Shown piece by piece: positions 50,522 through 59,941 of a stretch of DNA of 64,000 nt. This stretch comes from Nitrospinaceae bacterium (GTDB lineage Bacteria > Nitrospinota > Nitrospinia > Nitrospinales > Nitrospinaceae). A model generated the notes under the pieces. That model was not told the DNA's origin and did not search any database. It saw only the letters and a list, made by a program, of their open reading frames with translations. The DNA lies in NCBI GenBank assembly GCA_965223665.1, contig OZ245011.1:3136001-3200000 (forward strand), given 5' to 3'. The first letter of the stretch is position 1. Every line of letters starts with the position of its first letter. The translations under genes and the position numbers were made by a program.

Positions 50522-50619
50522 TTAATTATTCCGTAATTTAAGGTTTATTCGAACAATTATAGTAAATATTAAACTTAAAGGAAAAGCAAATCTCTTGATC
50601 ACTGACAAAACTTAGGGTA

Positions 50620-51297
50620 TTAAGGGCATCCTTTGGCGGGTATATACCCCGCCCGTTCTGCTTCAAGCATATTGCTAAAGATGATCGCTTGCTTTTGCGA
50701 AAAAGGTTTATAGTTAAGACAGGCGGGCCATTGGTATTGTTTCGTTTTCTTATTGGCTACGATACCATAATGAAATATTTGATTATAATCCACTTTATTG
50801 GGACTGACCGGAGCCTCAGGAATTGAAGTTTCTTTGCGAAATTCCCAGGGAGGTAACGGGTTGGGTTGCATCCACAAACCAATATGGTTTGAATAAGCAA
50901 AATATTCCAGCTTTGTTAATTTTTGCGAGGGTTGGTGTTTCACACGATAATGCCAGGCTAACCCGGAAGCTAAAAGTTCCTCATTTAAAGTTCGCCCATT
51001 GTCCAGAACGACTTTACCAATAAACAATCCGTTGGCATCAATTTGCTCAATGGTAATTTCTACTTTTCGATCATAAACCCGGTCATATGTAAAATTTTGA
51101 GCTTGCCGGCCAAAAGATTGTTTTAGCTCCGGTGCATCAACATCGGCCAAGCGAATTTTATATAATTCGTTTTCACTAAGAATGGTAAAAGTATCTCCAC
51201 TATGAACCGCCGTTCCAATTCCAGAAACCACATGTGAAGGAGTTTGAAAATTAAAAAATAAAGAGGCCATTAAAAATATTGTTTTTATGTCCATCAA
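50620..51297 (-). CDS. Thermonuclease (SNase)-like protein with degenerate Ada-like C-terminal domain
   Basis: GDTF, RLADVDAPE.KQ.FG, NEELL..GLAW, GLW...P.PPWEFR; C-terminal F....EAERAGY. Confidence 0.82.
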   Translation of the reverse strand: MMDIKTIFLMASLFFNFQTPSHVVSGIGTAVHSGDTFTILSENELYKIRLADVDAPELKQSFGRQAQNFTYDRVYDRKVEITIEQIDANGLFIGKVVLDNGRTLNEELLASGLAWHYRVKHQPSQKLTKLEYFAYSNHIGLWMQPNPLPPWEFRKETSIPEAPVSPNKVDYNQIFHYGIVANKKTKQYQWPACLNYKPFSQKQAIIFSNMLEAERAGYIPAKGCP

Positions 51298-51340
51298 AAT
51301 CCACTTTTTATTTTAGTTTTGAACTACATTTCATTTTCTA

Positions 51341-52168
51341 TCATTCTAAAGTTTCTCCACAATGTGGGCATTGATGGGGAGTATCCGGACTTTTCCCTTT
51401 TTGCAATTCTTCTAAAAACCCTGTGGCCAGGATAGCTGCAGGTAACCCAAACATTCCCAATCCTAAAATTGCAATCAATCCCCCAAAAACTTTTCCCAAG
51501 GGAGTAATGGGATAAATATCTCCGTAGCCCACTGTGGTCATGGTAGCAACTCCCCACCACATGGAAGCAGGAATACTGGAAAAAGCATCGGGTTGAACCT
51601 CATTTTCCAAAAAATAAATAATACAGGAAGCGAATATTAAAAGAAAAATGATCATAGAAAATGTAACCACTAACTCTTCTTTTTTTTCTTTACCTACTTG
51701 AATAAATAATTTAAGAGAACGAGAGTATCGAACTAATTTTAGGACGACTAATAATCGAAAAAGTCGAAATGCCCTTATAAAACGTAAATCTACGGCAAAA
51801 AATGTTGAAAGATAAAAAGGTAAAATTGCCAACAAGTCTAAAAGCATCATGGGTGTTAGAGCATAGCGAATTCGACCATTTACGGGATCTTTGTATTGTT
51901 CCGAGGTGGTACATGCCCATAACCGTATAAGATATTCAGTAGTAAAAAATACCATTGAAAAAATTTCAAAACTAAAAAACCAAATCCCATAATTTTCATT
52001 TAGAAATTTTACCGTTTCTAAAACGACTGCTAAAACATTTAATAAGATTAAAGCTAATATGAGTTTATCAAAAGTATTGATTACTCTGTCGTGACGGGCA
52101 ACTGGACCCATCAACTCAGCAACTCTCGATTTAAAGGGCTTATTCGGTTTTTGATGTACGTAATTCAT
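51341..52168 (-). CDS. Voltage-gated potassium channel (6TM)
   Basis: S4 segment RFIRAFRLFRLL..LK, pore TMTTVGYGD, C-terminal CPHCG. Confidence 0.92.
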   Translation of the reverse strand: MNYVHQKPNKPFKSRVAELMGPVARHDRVINTFDKLILALILLNVLAVVLETVKFLNENYGIWFFSFEIFSMVFFTTEYLIRLWACTTSEQYKDPVNGRIRYALTPMMLLDLLAILPFYLSTFFAVDLRFIRAFRLFRLLVVLKLVRYSRSLKLFIQVGKEKKEELVVTFSMIIFLLIFASCIIYFLENEVQPDAFSSIPASMWWGVATMTTVGYGDIYPITPLGKVFGGLIAILGLGMFGLPAAILATGFLEELQKGKSPDTPHQCPHCGETLE

Positions 52169-52310
52169 AAATTAAAGGTAAAGTTCCTTAGTTCTTCTTG
52201 AAACTTGATTAGATCTGGTGTTGGGCATACATTTAGATTAAATACTTTTTTGGTATTTGTGAACAAAGGTTTAAAAAAATTGTTATTTTGAATTTTTGCA
52301 GGCTTAAAAT

Positions 52311-53177
52311 ATGTCTGAACTACAACAGGCCCAATTAGCCCTGGATCAGGGGAATATTGAAAAAGCGGTCTTTATACTAAGTGGGTTTTTAAAAAAAGGA
52401 GAATTGTCTTTCTCAGATCGTCTACGAGCTTTGCATAGCCGAGGGGATGCTTTTAATAAAATAGGTCAATTTCAAAAAGCAATGGACGATTATGATCAAA
52501 TAATTGAATTAAACCCTGATTCACCTGCCTCTTATTTTCCTAGAAGTTTAGCGTATTACAGAAGAGGAATGTTTCGACAAGCCATTAAGGATTTTAGCCA
52601 AATAATTCAACTGGATCCCGATCATTTTTATGCGTATTTATATCGTAGTGAAGCATTTTTTTGGGAAGGTAATTTTGCCTTAGCAATTGAGGATTATGAC
52701 CATCTATTGCGATTAAATCCGGATGATGTGTCTATTTTCTTTCATCGAGGTATTGCTCATTTTTGCTGCGGTAATTTTGAGTCAGCTGAAGGGGATTTTG
52801 AAGCTTGCCTGAAAATAGATCCACAAGATGCATATGGAATGATTTGGCTTTTCTTAAGCCGAGAGAGAGATGGAAGAACGGGTGAACTGCAGTTGGTTAC
52901 CCAATCGATAAATATAAATCCAAAGCACTGGCCACATCCAGTTATCTTTTTTTATTTGGGAGAAATGACATCGGAATCCTTAATAAATGCTACGGTCGAC
53001 TCAAATAAGAAAATAGAAGAGAAGCGAATTTGTGAATCTCAGTTTTATATTGGCCAATATCTTTTGTTGCAGGGCGAAGATGGAAAAGCAAGTCAATGCT
53101 TTCAAAATAGTCTAGAATATTCTGGTCATGTTTTTATTTGCTCTGCGGCTCGAAAAGAATTAAATCGTTTGAAATAA
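52311..53177 (+). CDS. TPR protein (NlpI-like)
   Basis: Several RG.A....G.F..A..DY/F...I.L.PD TPR units; WP..V..FYLG and CE..FY.G C-terminal pattern. Confidence 0.8.
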   Translation: MSELQQAQLALDQGNIEKAVFILSGFLKKGELSFSDRLRALHSRGDAFNKIGQFQKAMDDYDQIIELNPDSPASYFPRSLAYYRRGMFRQAIKDFSQIIQLDPDHFYAYLYRSEAFFWEGNFALAIEDYDHLLRLNPDDVSIFFHRGIAHFCCGNFESAEGDFEACLKIDPQDAYGMIWLFLSRERDGRTGELQLVTQSININPKHWPHPVIFFYLGEMTSESLINATVDSNKKIEEKRICESQFYIGQYLLLQGEDGKASQCFQNSLEYSGHVFICSAARKELNRLK

Positions 53178-53809
53178 TCCTACCTGAATAATTTCCATTA
53201 AATCTATTTCAAAGCTTCGATATTTTTATTAGTTTCGATTAAAAAAAAATTAAGCCCTTAAATTAAGCCATGTTTTATGCGGTTGGAAAAAATTTAATTA
53301 TTGAAATTAAAAAATGATTTATGTGAATTTACAAGAATTTGTTTTGCTGAGGGTTTTCCTTATTGATTTGAAGGGTATATTATTATTGCGTAAAAACAAA
53401 AATTTTTTTTGGAGTTTTTGATTTGTCTTCTTGGATAGTTTAGACGAAGTGAGAAAAAGAAATATAGATTTACAAAGTAAACCTTGTTGGCGATTCTCCT
53501 TCTATGTTGAATTATCTTTGATTGAAGGTTTAAGGCTGGTGGGTAGGATTTGGCAAAGATAATTGTAATGAAAATTTTACTCTTTTAATTTTAAATAACC
53601 CTTACACTATTTTATATATTGAGATAATGACAAAGGTTGAGAAGAGGAGAAAGACTTTTTTTTGAAACCTGGGTTATTTAAGTAAGTAATTAATTTTGTA
53701 ATTGAACTTCATTAATATTTGGAGACTTATTTTAATAGAGCGGATGTTCTGGCAAAAACTTAAGGGATTTTTTGTTTAGGGCTTTATTCCATAGATTGAG
53801 GGAAATAAT

Positions 53810-54919
53810 ATGTTAGAGGAAGGACAAAAGGAAGAGGCAAAAATTCTAATTGTGGATGATACCAAACCTAACGTTGTATTACTTGAAGAAATGCTTTCAG
53901 GATTTGGTTACAAACGCATACAATCTGTTACTGATTCACGACAAGCGATTCATATGTATGAAGTTTTTCGTCCTGATGTTCTTTTGTTGGATTTGAATAT
54001 GCCTCATGTTAGTGGATTTGAAATAATGGAACAGTTGAAGACTATTGAAAGCGATTCCTATGCTCCAATTCTGGTCCTTACCGCACAATCGGATACAGAA
54101 ACAAAACGAAGAGCCCTAGAGGTTGGCGCCAAAGATTTTATTGTAAAGCCTTTCGACTTTAATGAGACCCTACAACGAATCGGGAATATGCTAGAAATCC
54201 GACTTCTCCATAAACAAACCAAAGAGCAAAATAAATATTTGGAACGAACGGTTTATGAGCGAACAAAATTGTTGGAGGATACTCGCCTGGAAGTTGTTGA
54301 ACGATTAGGAAGAGCCGCAGAGTACAGGGATAATGAGACAGGAAACCATGTGGTCCGAATGAGTCGGTTTTCAGCAATTTTGGCGCGGGCAGCTGGAATG
54401 CACGAAAACTATTGTCATTTAATTCTTCATGCCAGTCCCATGCATGATATTGGGAAAATTGGTATTCCAGATAATATTCTTTTAAAGCCGGGTAAGTTGG
54501 ATGAACAAGAATGGGAAATAATGAAGACCCATTCTACCATTGGGGGTGAAATTCTGTCAGGAGGAAAATCTGATCTCCTTAAAATGGCACAAACTATTGC
54601 TCTATCCCACCACGAAAAATGGGATGGTTCCGGATATCCTTTAAGTCTAAAAGGAAACGATATTCCTTTTGAGGGTCAAATAGTGGCCATTTGTGATGTT
54701 TTTGATGCATTATCTTCTGAGCGACCCTATAAGAAAGCGTGGCCTTTGGAAAAAACTTTGGATTTAATTAAGGAACAAAGTGGAAAGCATTTCAATCCTA
54801 AAATTGTGGACTACTTTCTCAAGTCCTTAGATGAAATTCTCAAGGTGCAAAAACAATATCAGGATCCAAGTGGGGACCATGCCCAACCTCAAATAGCCTC
54901 AATGAGAAGTGCAGTGTAA
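53810..54919 (+). CDS. Response regulator with HD-GYP cyclic-dinucleotide phosphodiesterase domain (RpfG-like)
   Basis: REC domain (IVDD, LLDLNMP, KPF) plus MHDIGK, HHEKWDGSGYP and RPYK motifs. Confidence 0.95.
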   Translation: MLEEGQKEEAKILIVDDTKPNVVLLEEMLSGFGYKRIQSVTDSRQAIHMYEVFRPDVLLLDLNMPHVSGFEIMEQLKTIESDSYAPILVLTAQSDTETKRRALEVGAKDFIVKPFDFNETLQRIGNMLEIRLLHKQTKEQNKYLERTVYERTKLLEDTRLEVVERLGRAAEYRDNETGNHVVRMSRFSAILARAAGMHENYCHLILHASPMHDIGKIGIPDNILLKPGKLDEQEWEIMKTHSTIGGEILSGGKSDLLKMAQTIALSHHEKWDGSGYPLSLKGNDIPFEGQIVAICDVFDALSSERPYKKAWPLEKTLDLIKEQSGKHFNPKIVDYFLKSLDEILKVQKQYQDPSGDHAQPQIASMRSAV

Positions 54920-54979
54920 AAGGGCCACCCTCATTTCTCAATTTGATTGTTAATATTTAAATCATGTTACAATGCTCCC

Positions 54980-55939
54980 ATGAATATCTTAGTATTTGGG
55001 GCAGGAGCCGTTGGCCTCGGATTAGCCAGTTTTATTATCCAAGCGAAACAAAATGTATTTTTGATTGGTAAAAAAGAAACAGTTGATGAATTAAAAAAAA
55101 ATGGTCTTCAACGAGTAGGTATATTTGGTGAATATCATGCCCTCCCTGATAAGTTCTTTGTAACAGATAACCTTAAAAATCTACCCCAAAAGAATTTTGA
55201 TTATGTTCTTGTATGTACAAAGTCTTTTGATTCCAGTAATTCCGCAGAAATTATTTCCAGTTTTTTAAAAGATAGTAAGAAAGAGTCTATTGTAATCCTT
55301 TGCCAGAATGGGTGGGGGAATGCAGAAACTTTTAGTCAATTTATCTCCAAACATCAAATAAAAAATGCTCGGGTAATTACTGGTTTTCGCCGCCTCTTAA
55401 ATAATAAAGTAGAAATAACCGTTCATGCGGATGCAATAAAAATGGGAAATCTCTTTGGAGAAAATGTAATGGACCTCCATCCTTTAAGGGATGTTCTAAA
55501 TGAAGGAGGGATGCCTTGTGATGTAACAGAAACCATTGAAAGAGATCTGTGGGCAAAAATGTTATATAACTGTATGCTGAATGGATTAAGTACGCTATTT
55601 AATGTTCCGTATGGAAAACTTGGAGAATCAGTTTTCACACGAAATTTAATGGATAAAATTGCTTTAGAGGTCTTTGTGGTTATGCGAGCCGCCGGCTTTA
55701 GGACGCACTGGGATTGTGTAGAAGATTATATTAAGGTTTTCTATCAAAATCAGCTGCCGGCCACTTACCACCATGAGCCCTCAATGCTGCAAGACATCCG
55801 CTCCTTAAAGCGTACCGAAATCGATACTCTCAATGGAGCGGTTATTGCACTAGGAAAAAAACATAACCTCGAAACTCCACATAATTTCTTTATTTCCTCA
55901 GCCATTCATTTTTTGGAAAATCAGTCCAAAAAATATTGA
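54980..55939 (+). CDS. panE: 2-dehydropantoate 2-reductase
   Basis: GAGAVG, CTKS, QNG.GN, WAK...N and SMLQD....RTEID.LNG motifs. ATG 54980 preferred. Confidence 0.88.
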   Translation: MNILVFGAGAVGLGLASFIIQAKQNVFLIGKKETVDELKKNGLQRVGIFGEYHALPDKFFVTDNLKNLPQKNFDYVLVCTKSFDSSNSAEIISSFLKDSKKESIVILCQNGWGNAETFSQFISKHQIKNARVITGFRRLLNNKVEITVHADAIKMGNLFGENVMDLHPLRDVLNEGGMPCDVTETIERDLWAKMLYNCMLNGLSTLFNVPYGKLGESVFTRNLMDKIALEVFVVMRAAGFRTHWDCVEDYIKVFYQNQLPATYHHEPSMLQDIRSLKRTEIDTLNGAVIALGKKHNLETPHNFFISSAIHFLENQSKKY

Positions 55940-55950
55940 TCAATATACAC

Positions 55951-58900
55951 TTATTGCGAGTAAGTAATAGTGATCTTAGGTCTTTTTGAAGAAGCTTCAC
56001 TGGAATTAAAACCAATTCCATTGTTAGACCCATTAGAACGGATAATGAATCCTCGATTCCAAATACTGCCGTCGATCCAACCTTGAACTATGTTTATACC
56101 ATTCTGATTCAAAAAGATTTCCTGTTCATTGAAAATGTTAGATGGAATGGTGCCCAAAATGGTCGATCCAATTTCGCCGGATCCGCTAAATTCATTCCAA
56201 TCAACGGTGCTTTCAGACCAGGAGGATTTGGCTTCATACAAATGATGGTCAGCCGAACTACCATCTGAAATGTTAAAGGTCATACTGACGGATTGGACAA
56301 CAGCATTGCTGGGAATAGAAGACAAGTCCCATAAGATAACACTCATAACTTCCCCATAATTTCCGTTTGAAGGATCAGAGGCCACCCCGTCAACTAACAA
56401 TATGTTATCGTTTCCGACATTCGAGTTTGGAGAAGTTTCTCTTAAGGAAGCATCTCTAGTACCTGAATAACCGTCCACCCCATTTTGAAGGCTAACTGTG
56501 TTTCCACCTCCAACGGAATAAGTAATAGTGATCTTAGGTCTTTTTGAAGAAGCTTCACTGGAATTAAAACCAATTCCATTGTTAGACCCATTAGAACGGA
56601 TAATGAATCCTCGATTCCAAATACTGCCGTCGATCCAACCTTGAACTATGTTTATACCATTCTGATTCAAAAAGATTTCCTGTTCATTGAAAATGTTAGA
56701 TGGAATGGTGCCCAAAATGGTCGATCCAATTTCGCCGGATCCGCTAAATTCATTCCAATCAACGGTGCTTTCAGACCAGGAGGATTTGGCTTCATACAAA
56801 TGATGGTCAGCCGAACTACCATCTGAAATGTTAAAGGTCATACTGACGGATTGGACAACAGCATTGCTGGGAATAGAAGACAAGTCCCATAAGATAACAC
56901 TCATAACTTCCCCATAATTTCCGTTTGAAGGATCAGAGGCCACCCCGTCAACTAACAATATGTTATCGTTTCCGACATTCGAGTTTGGAGAAGTTTCTCT
57001 TAAGGAAGCATCTCTAGTACCTGAATAACCGTCCACCCCATTTTGAAGGCTAACTGTGTTTCCACCTCCAACGGAATAAGTAATAGTGATCTTAGGTCTT
57101 TTTGAAGAAGCTTCACTGGAATTAAAACCAATTCCATTATTATTTCCATCGGTCCGTATAACAAAACCTCTATTAGAAATGCTTCCATCAACCCAACTTT
57201 GAACCAAATTTACACCACTCTGATTTAAAGGAATTTCTTGTTCATTAAAAAGATTAGGGCCAATTGTTCCTAGGATAGCAGAACCGATATCACCAGAATT
57301 ATTAAAGTCGTTCCAATCAACCGTACTTTCAGACCATGAAGATTTGGCTTCATGAAAATAATGGTTTCCAGAACTGGCATCTGAAAAGTTTAGTGTCACA
57401 CTGACGGATTGGACCACCGCATTGCTGGGAATTGAAGACAAATCCCATAAGAGCACTGACACTACTTCCCCATAAGAACCATTTTCAGGATCGGGCGCAG
57501 TACCATCAACCCATAGGAGACTGTCGTTTCCATAATTGGTGTTTGGAGAAGATTCTCGCAACAAAGCGTCTCTTGTTCCGCTATAACCGTCCACCCCATT
57601 TTGAAGGCTAACTGTGTTTCCACCTCCAGGAGGGGGCGGTGGCGGAGGAGGAGGTGGCGGACTTCCGCCACTAAAAGTCGAATTTTCATTTATATTAAAT
57701 TGAATTCCTGGACTTGGAATGGGCAAATTCGCTGCATAGTCTTTGACATTAACCACGGTTAATACTTCGGATCCTGTGGCTGATGAGGATGTAGTTAATC
57801 GAACCACTCTTGGATCACTAAGCCGAACGGCACTGCTTATGGATACACCGTTATCTAACGAATAATTGCTTTTAGTTTCAGCACTCGATTTATGGACGGG
57901 TTCTGAAAATTGCACATCCAGTTTTGTACTATTAATTCGGTGCACCGCAAAAATTGCAGGGGGTGCCACATCACCAGATTTTGCAATGGTGAACTTATCG
58001 CGAATCAATCCATCGTCATCCAGGAACTGGGCTTCCATTCGATTAGCGTAGATATCTAAAATCATAGAACCCAGGATGGCATCTCCATAATCATATTCAG
58101 TGTACATAATGGGATGCATTGGGGATCCATTGGTGGACTGATGACGGCTGGATATTCCCATAACGGCATACACCGTTCCGGTATTACCAGATTTTATATA
58201 GGCTCCATCTGCTCCTGATTCCGGAAATGATTTTCCATTGCTGGAAGTGATTTTACTTCCATTATTTGTTAGAAAGGAACGTTCATACCAGTGATTATTT
58301 CCACTCAATACTAAATCGACACCATGAGACTCCAGGATTGGAACGATATTTTCCCGTAATTCGTTTGGAATTAAGCTGGTGTTATTAACTGCATTGGAGT
58401 AAGGAGGATTGTGAAAGATGCAGATAATCCAATCCTGGTTTGTTGAACTCAAATCATCATCCAACCAATTTACCATTGCAGATCCGGAATTGCGGGGTCG
58501 AGTCAGAGAATTTAAAACTACTATATGGATATTGTTGTAATCGAAAGAATAATAATCTTCGACACCGGAAGACACTCCCCCATTTTCTCCATTCTTAGGA
58601 AATTCAAAATTATTGAAAAAAGGACCTGCTTGAGTGTTTACATCTGAATAAGGTTCGCCATCTGAGAATGTGGTGTATATTGGAGTGTCTTTTAATATTT
58701 CTGAAATTGCATTAAACAATCCACCCTGATACGCCCCATCGGAGCCTTCCCAAAAACCTCCATTGGTATAAGCATTATCACCTAGGGCAAATAAGAGATC
58801 CGCTCGCCGTTTTTTTGTGTAATTTTTAAAGGAATCACGAACTTTGGCCGCATTAGCATCTCCGGTACCCGAATCACCAATAACCCATATTCGTGTTGGT

Positions 58901-59346
58901 TGTGGGCTACCGCCACCAACGGGTGTCATAAAACTACCCCGGGCAGAGGACTCGTTTAATGGAGAGCTTGAAGTTCCAATTTCATAATAATATCGAGTGC
59001 CGGGACTCAAATTAGTTAAAGTAACTGTATGCTCTAGCAAGTTTCCACAACTACTGCACAAAGAAACGCTTTTGGGGTCGGAATCGGATTTAACAGCGCT
59101 GTAATTTTGGGGAAACTCGCCATAGTGAACACTCTTATAGGAGGACTCTGAAGTGCTCACTCTCCATTTAACTACCACACTCGTGGGACTTATTTTTTGT
59201 AAGTATGGACCCCGATCAACTGTACCAGCGGTGACTTCTAAAACATGGAGAAGTAGAAAGGCAACGATAAGAAAAGTGTGAAGTAAATAAGGAAAAAGAT
59301 GTTTTTGAGTTTTTTCTGTAAAACAAAATTTCACGATATACCTCAT
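55951..59346 (-). CDS. Secreted purple-acid-phosphatase-like protein with Ig-like domain, poly-Pro linker and three DNRLRE (CBM96-like) domains
   Basis: Signal peptide; RGPYLQ FN3-like N-domain; GDSG, GDNAY, FHNPP, GNNH.YER; FSEPV...A....NY Ig-like domain; Pro run; three GY.GT.DA.L...P...W.E..V.W...SSE....RP.I domains. Confidence 0.85.
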   Translation of the reverse strand: MRYIVKFCFTEKTQKHLFPYLLHTFLIVAFLLLHVLEVTAGTVDRGPYLQKISPTSVVVKWRVSTSESSYKSVHYGEFPQNYSAVKSDSDPKSVSLCSSCGNLLEHTVTLTNLSPGTRYYYEIGTSSSPLNESSARGSFMTPVGGGSPQPTRIWVIGDSGTGDANAAKVRDSFKNYTKKRRADLLFALGDNAYTNGGFWEGSDGAYQGGLFNAISEILKDTPIYTTFSDGEPYSDVNTQAGPFFNNFEFPKNGENGGVSSGVEDYYSFDYNNIHIVVLNSLTRPRNSGSAMVNWLDDDLSSTNQDWIICIFHNPPYSNAVNNTSLIPNELRENIVPILESHGVDLVLSGNNHWYERSFLTNNGSKITSSNGKSFPESGADGAYIKSGNTGTVYAVMGISSRHQSTNGSPMHPIMYTEYDYGDAILGSMILDIYANRMEAQFLDDDGLIRDKFTIAKSGDVAPPAIFAVHRINSTKLDVQFSEPVHKSSAETKSNYSLDNGVSISSAVRLSDPRVVRLTTSSSATGSEVLTVVNVKDYAANLPIPSPGIQFNINENSTFSGGSPPPPPPPPPPPGGGNTVSLQNGVDGYSGTRDALLRESSPNTNYGNDSLLWVDGTAPDPENGSYGEVVSVLLWDLSSIPSNAVVQSVSVTLNFSDASSGNHYFHEAKSSWSESTVDWNDFNNSGDIGSAILGTIGPNLFNEQEIPLNQSGVNLVQSWVDGSISNRGFVIRTDGNNNGIGFNSSEASSKRPKITITYSVGGGNTVSLQNGVDGYSGTRDASLRETSPNSNVGNDNILLVDGVASDPSNGNYGEVMSVILWDLSSIPSNAVVQSVSMTFNISDGSSADHHLYEAKSSWSESTVDWNEFSGSGEIGSTILGTIPSNIFNEQEIFLNQNGINIVQGWIDGSIWNRGFIIRSNGSNNGIGFNSSEASSKRPKITITYSVGGGNTVSLQNGVDGYSGTRDASLRETSPNSNVGNDNILLVDGVASDPSNGNYGEVMSVILWDLSSIPSNAVVQSVSMTFNISDGSSADHHLYEAKSSWSESTVDWNEFSGSGEIGSTILGTIPSNIFNEQEIFLNQNGINIVQGWIDGSIWNRGFIIRSNGSNNGIGFNSSEASSKRPKITITYSQ
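55961..57138. repeat. Near-perfect 558-bp tandem repeat (about 2.1 units) encoding the last two DNRLRE domains
   Basis: TAAGTAATAGTGATCTTAGG starts at 55961, 56519 and 57077; identical translations in both the coding and an alternate frame. Confidence 0.93.
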
Positions 59347-59474
59347 TATTACAAAAATAAAATTGAAGGGACTTAAACCTTTTGAGTAGAAAGCATCGAG
59401 TTTCCGAAAAAAACTCGAATCCTTACAAAAGCTTTATAAAAAATTTGTCATCGTTAAAAAAAAGTGCACACCAT

Positions 59475-59493
59475 AAAAATGAGAATCATTTTA
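59475..59493. promoter_or_regulatory. Putative Fur-family operator
   Basis: AAAAATGAGAATCATTTTA matches GATAATGATAATCATTATC at 14/19 positions (core AATGAnAATCATT intact); about 130 bp upstream of the phosphatase start. Confidence 0.45.
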
Positions 59494-59868
59494 AAAATGT
59501 AGCACTCTTCTAAGGAATAGGGATAAACTGTTATTTTCCCTAAAAAAAACAAGTAAAACTGTTCAATTTGAATTTTAGGAAGCTGAGCAAGATTAAACAG
59601 TATTCTTCAATGCAATTATTGTGCGGAATGGACCATTTTTATCAAACTTTTGGCAATAAATAAATAAAAACCTTTTTTACAAAAGTTTCAAATTGTTCTG
59701 ATGGACTACCGTTTAAAATATTTTAAAGAGTTTTATTACCTTAAAAACACTGTTTAAACCTAGTAATTGACTTTTATTGCTATTCCTTAATAAATTTTTT
59801 AGCCATTAAACATTTTAAAAATAATATTTTGTTGAATTTTCATTAGTTAAAAAAAAATAGGTTTTTCT

Positions 59869-59895
59869 TGTAAACAAATTCCAGGGTGAAGCGTT
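59869..59895 (+). promoter_or_regulatory. Putative ECF-sigma promoter
   Basis: TGTAAAC-N16-CGTT has the classic AAC/CGT ECF architecture; 46 bp before ATG 59942. Confidence 0.5.
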
Positions 59896-59941
59896 TTATT
59901 TTTTAAGCAACGGATTGGATTTAACAACAAGGAGGAATGAA

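Noticed and set aside
53178-53809. c-di-GMP riboswitch upstream of the HD-GYP gene
   Set aside because: No GEMM-like paired stems or consensus seen by eye; an Rfam scan would be decisive.
56083-56826. Two identical 61-aa plus-strand ORFs
   Set aside because: Antisense shadows of the 558-bp duplication.
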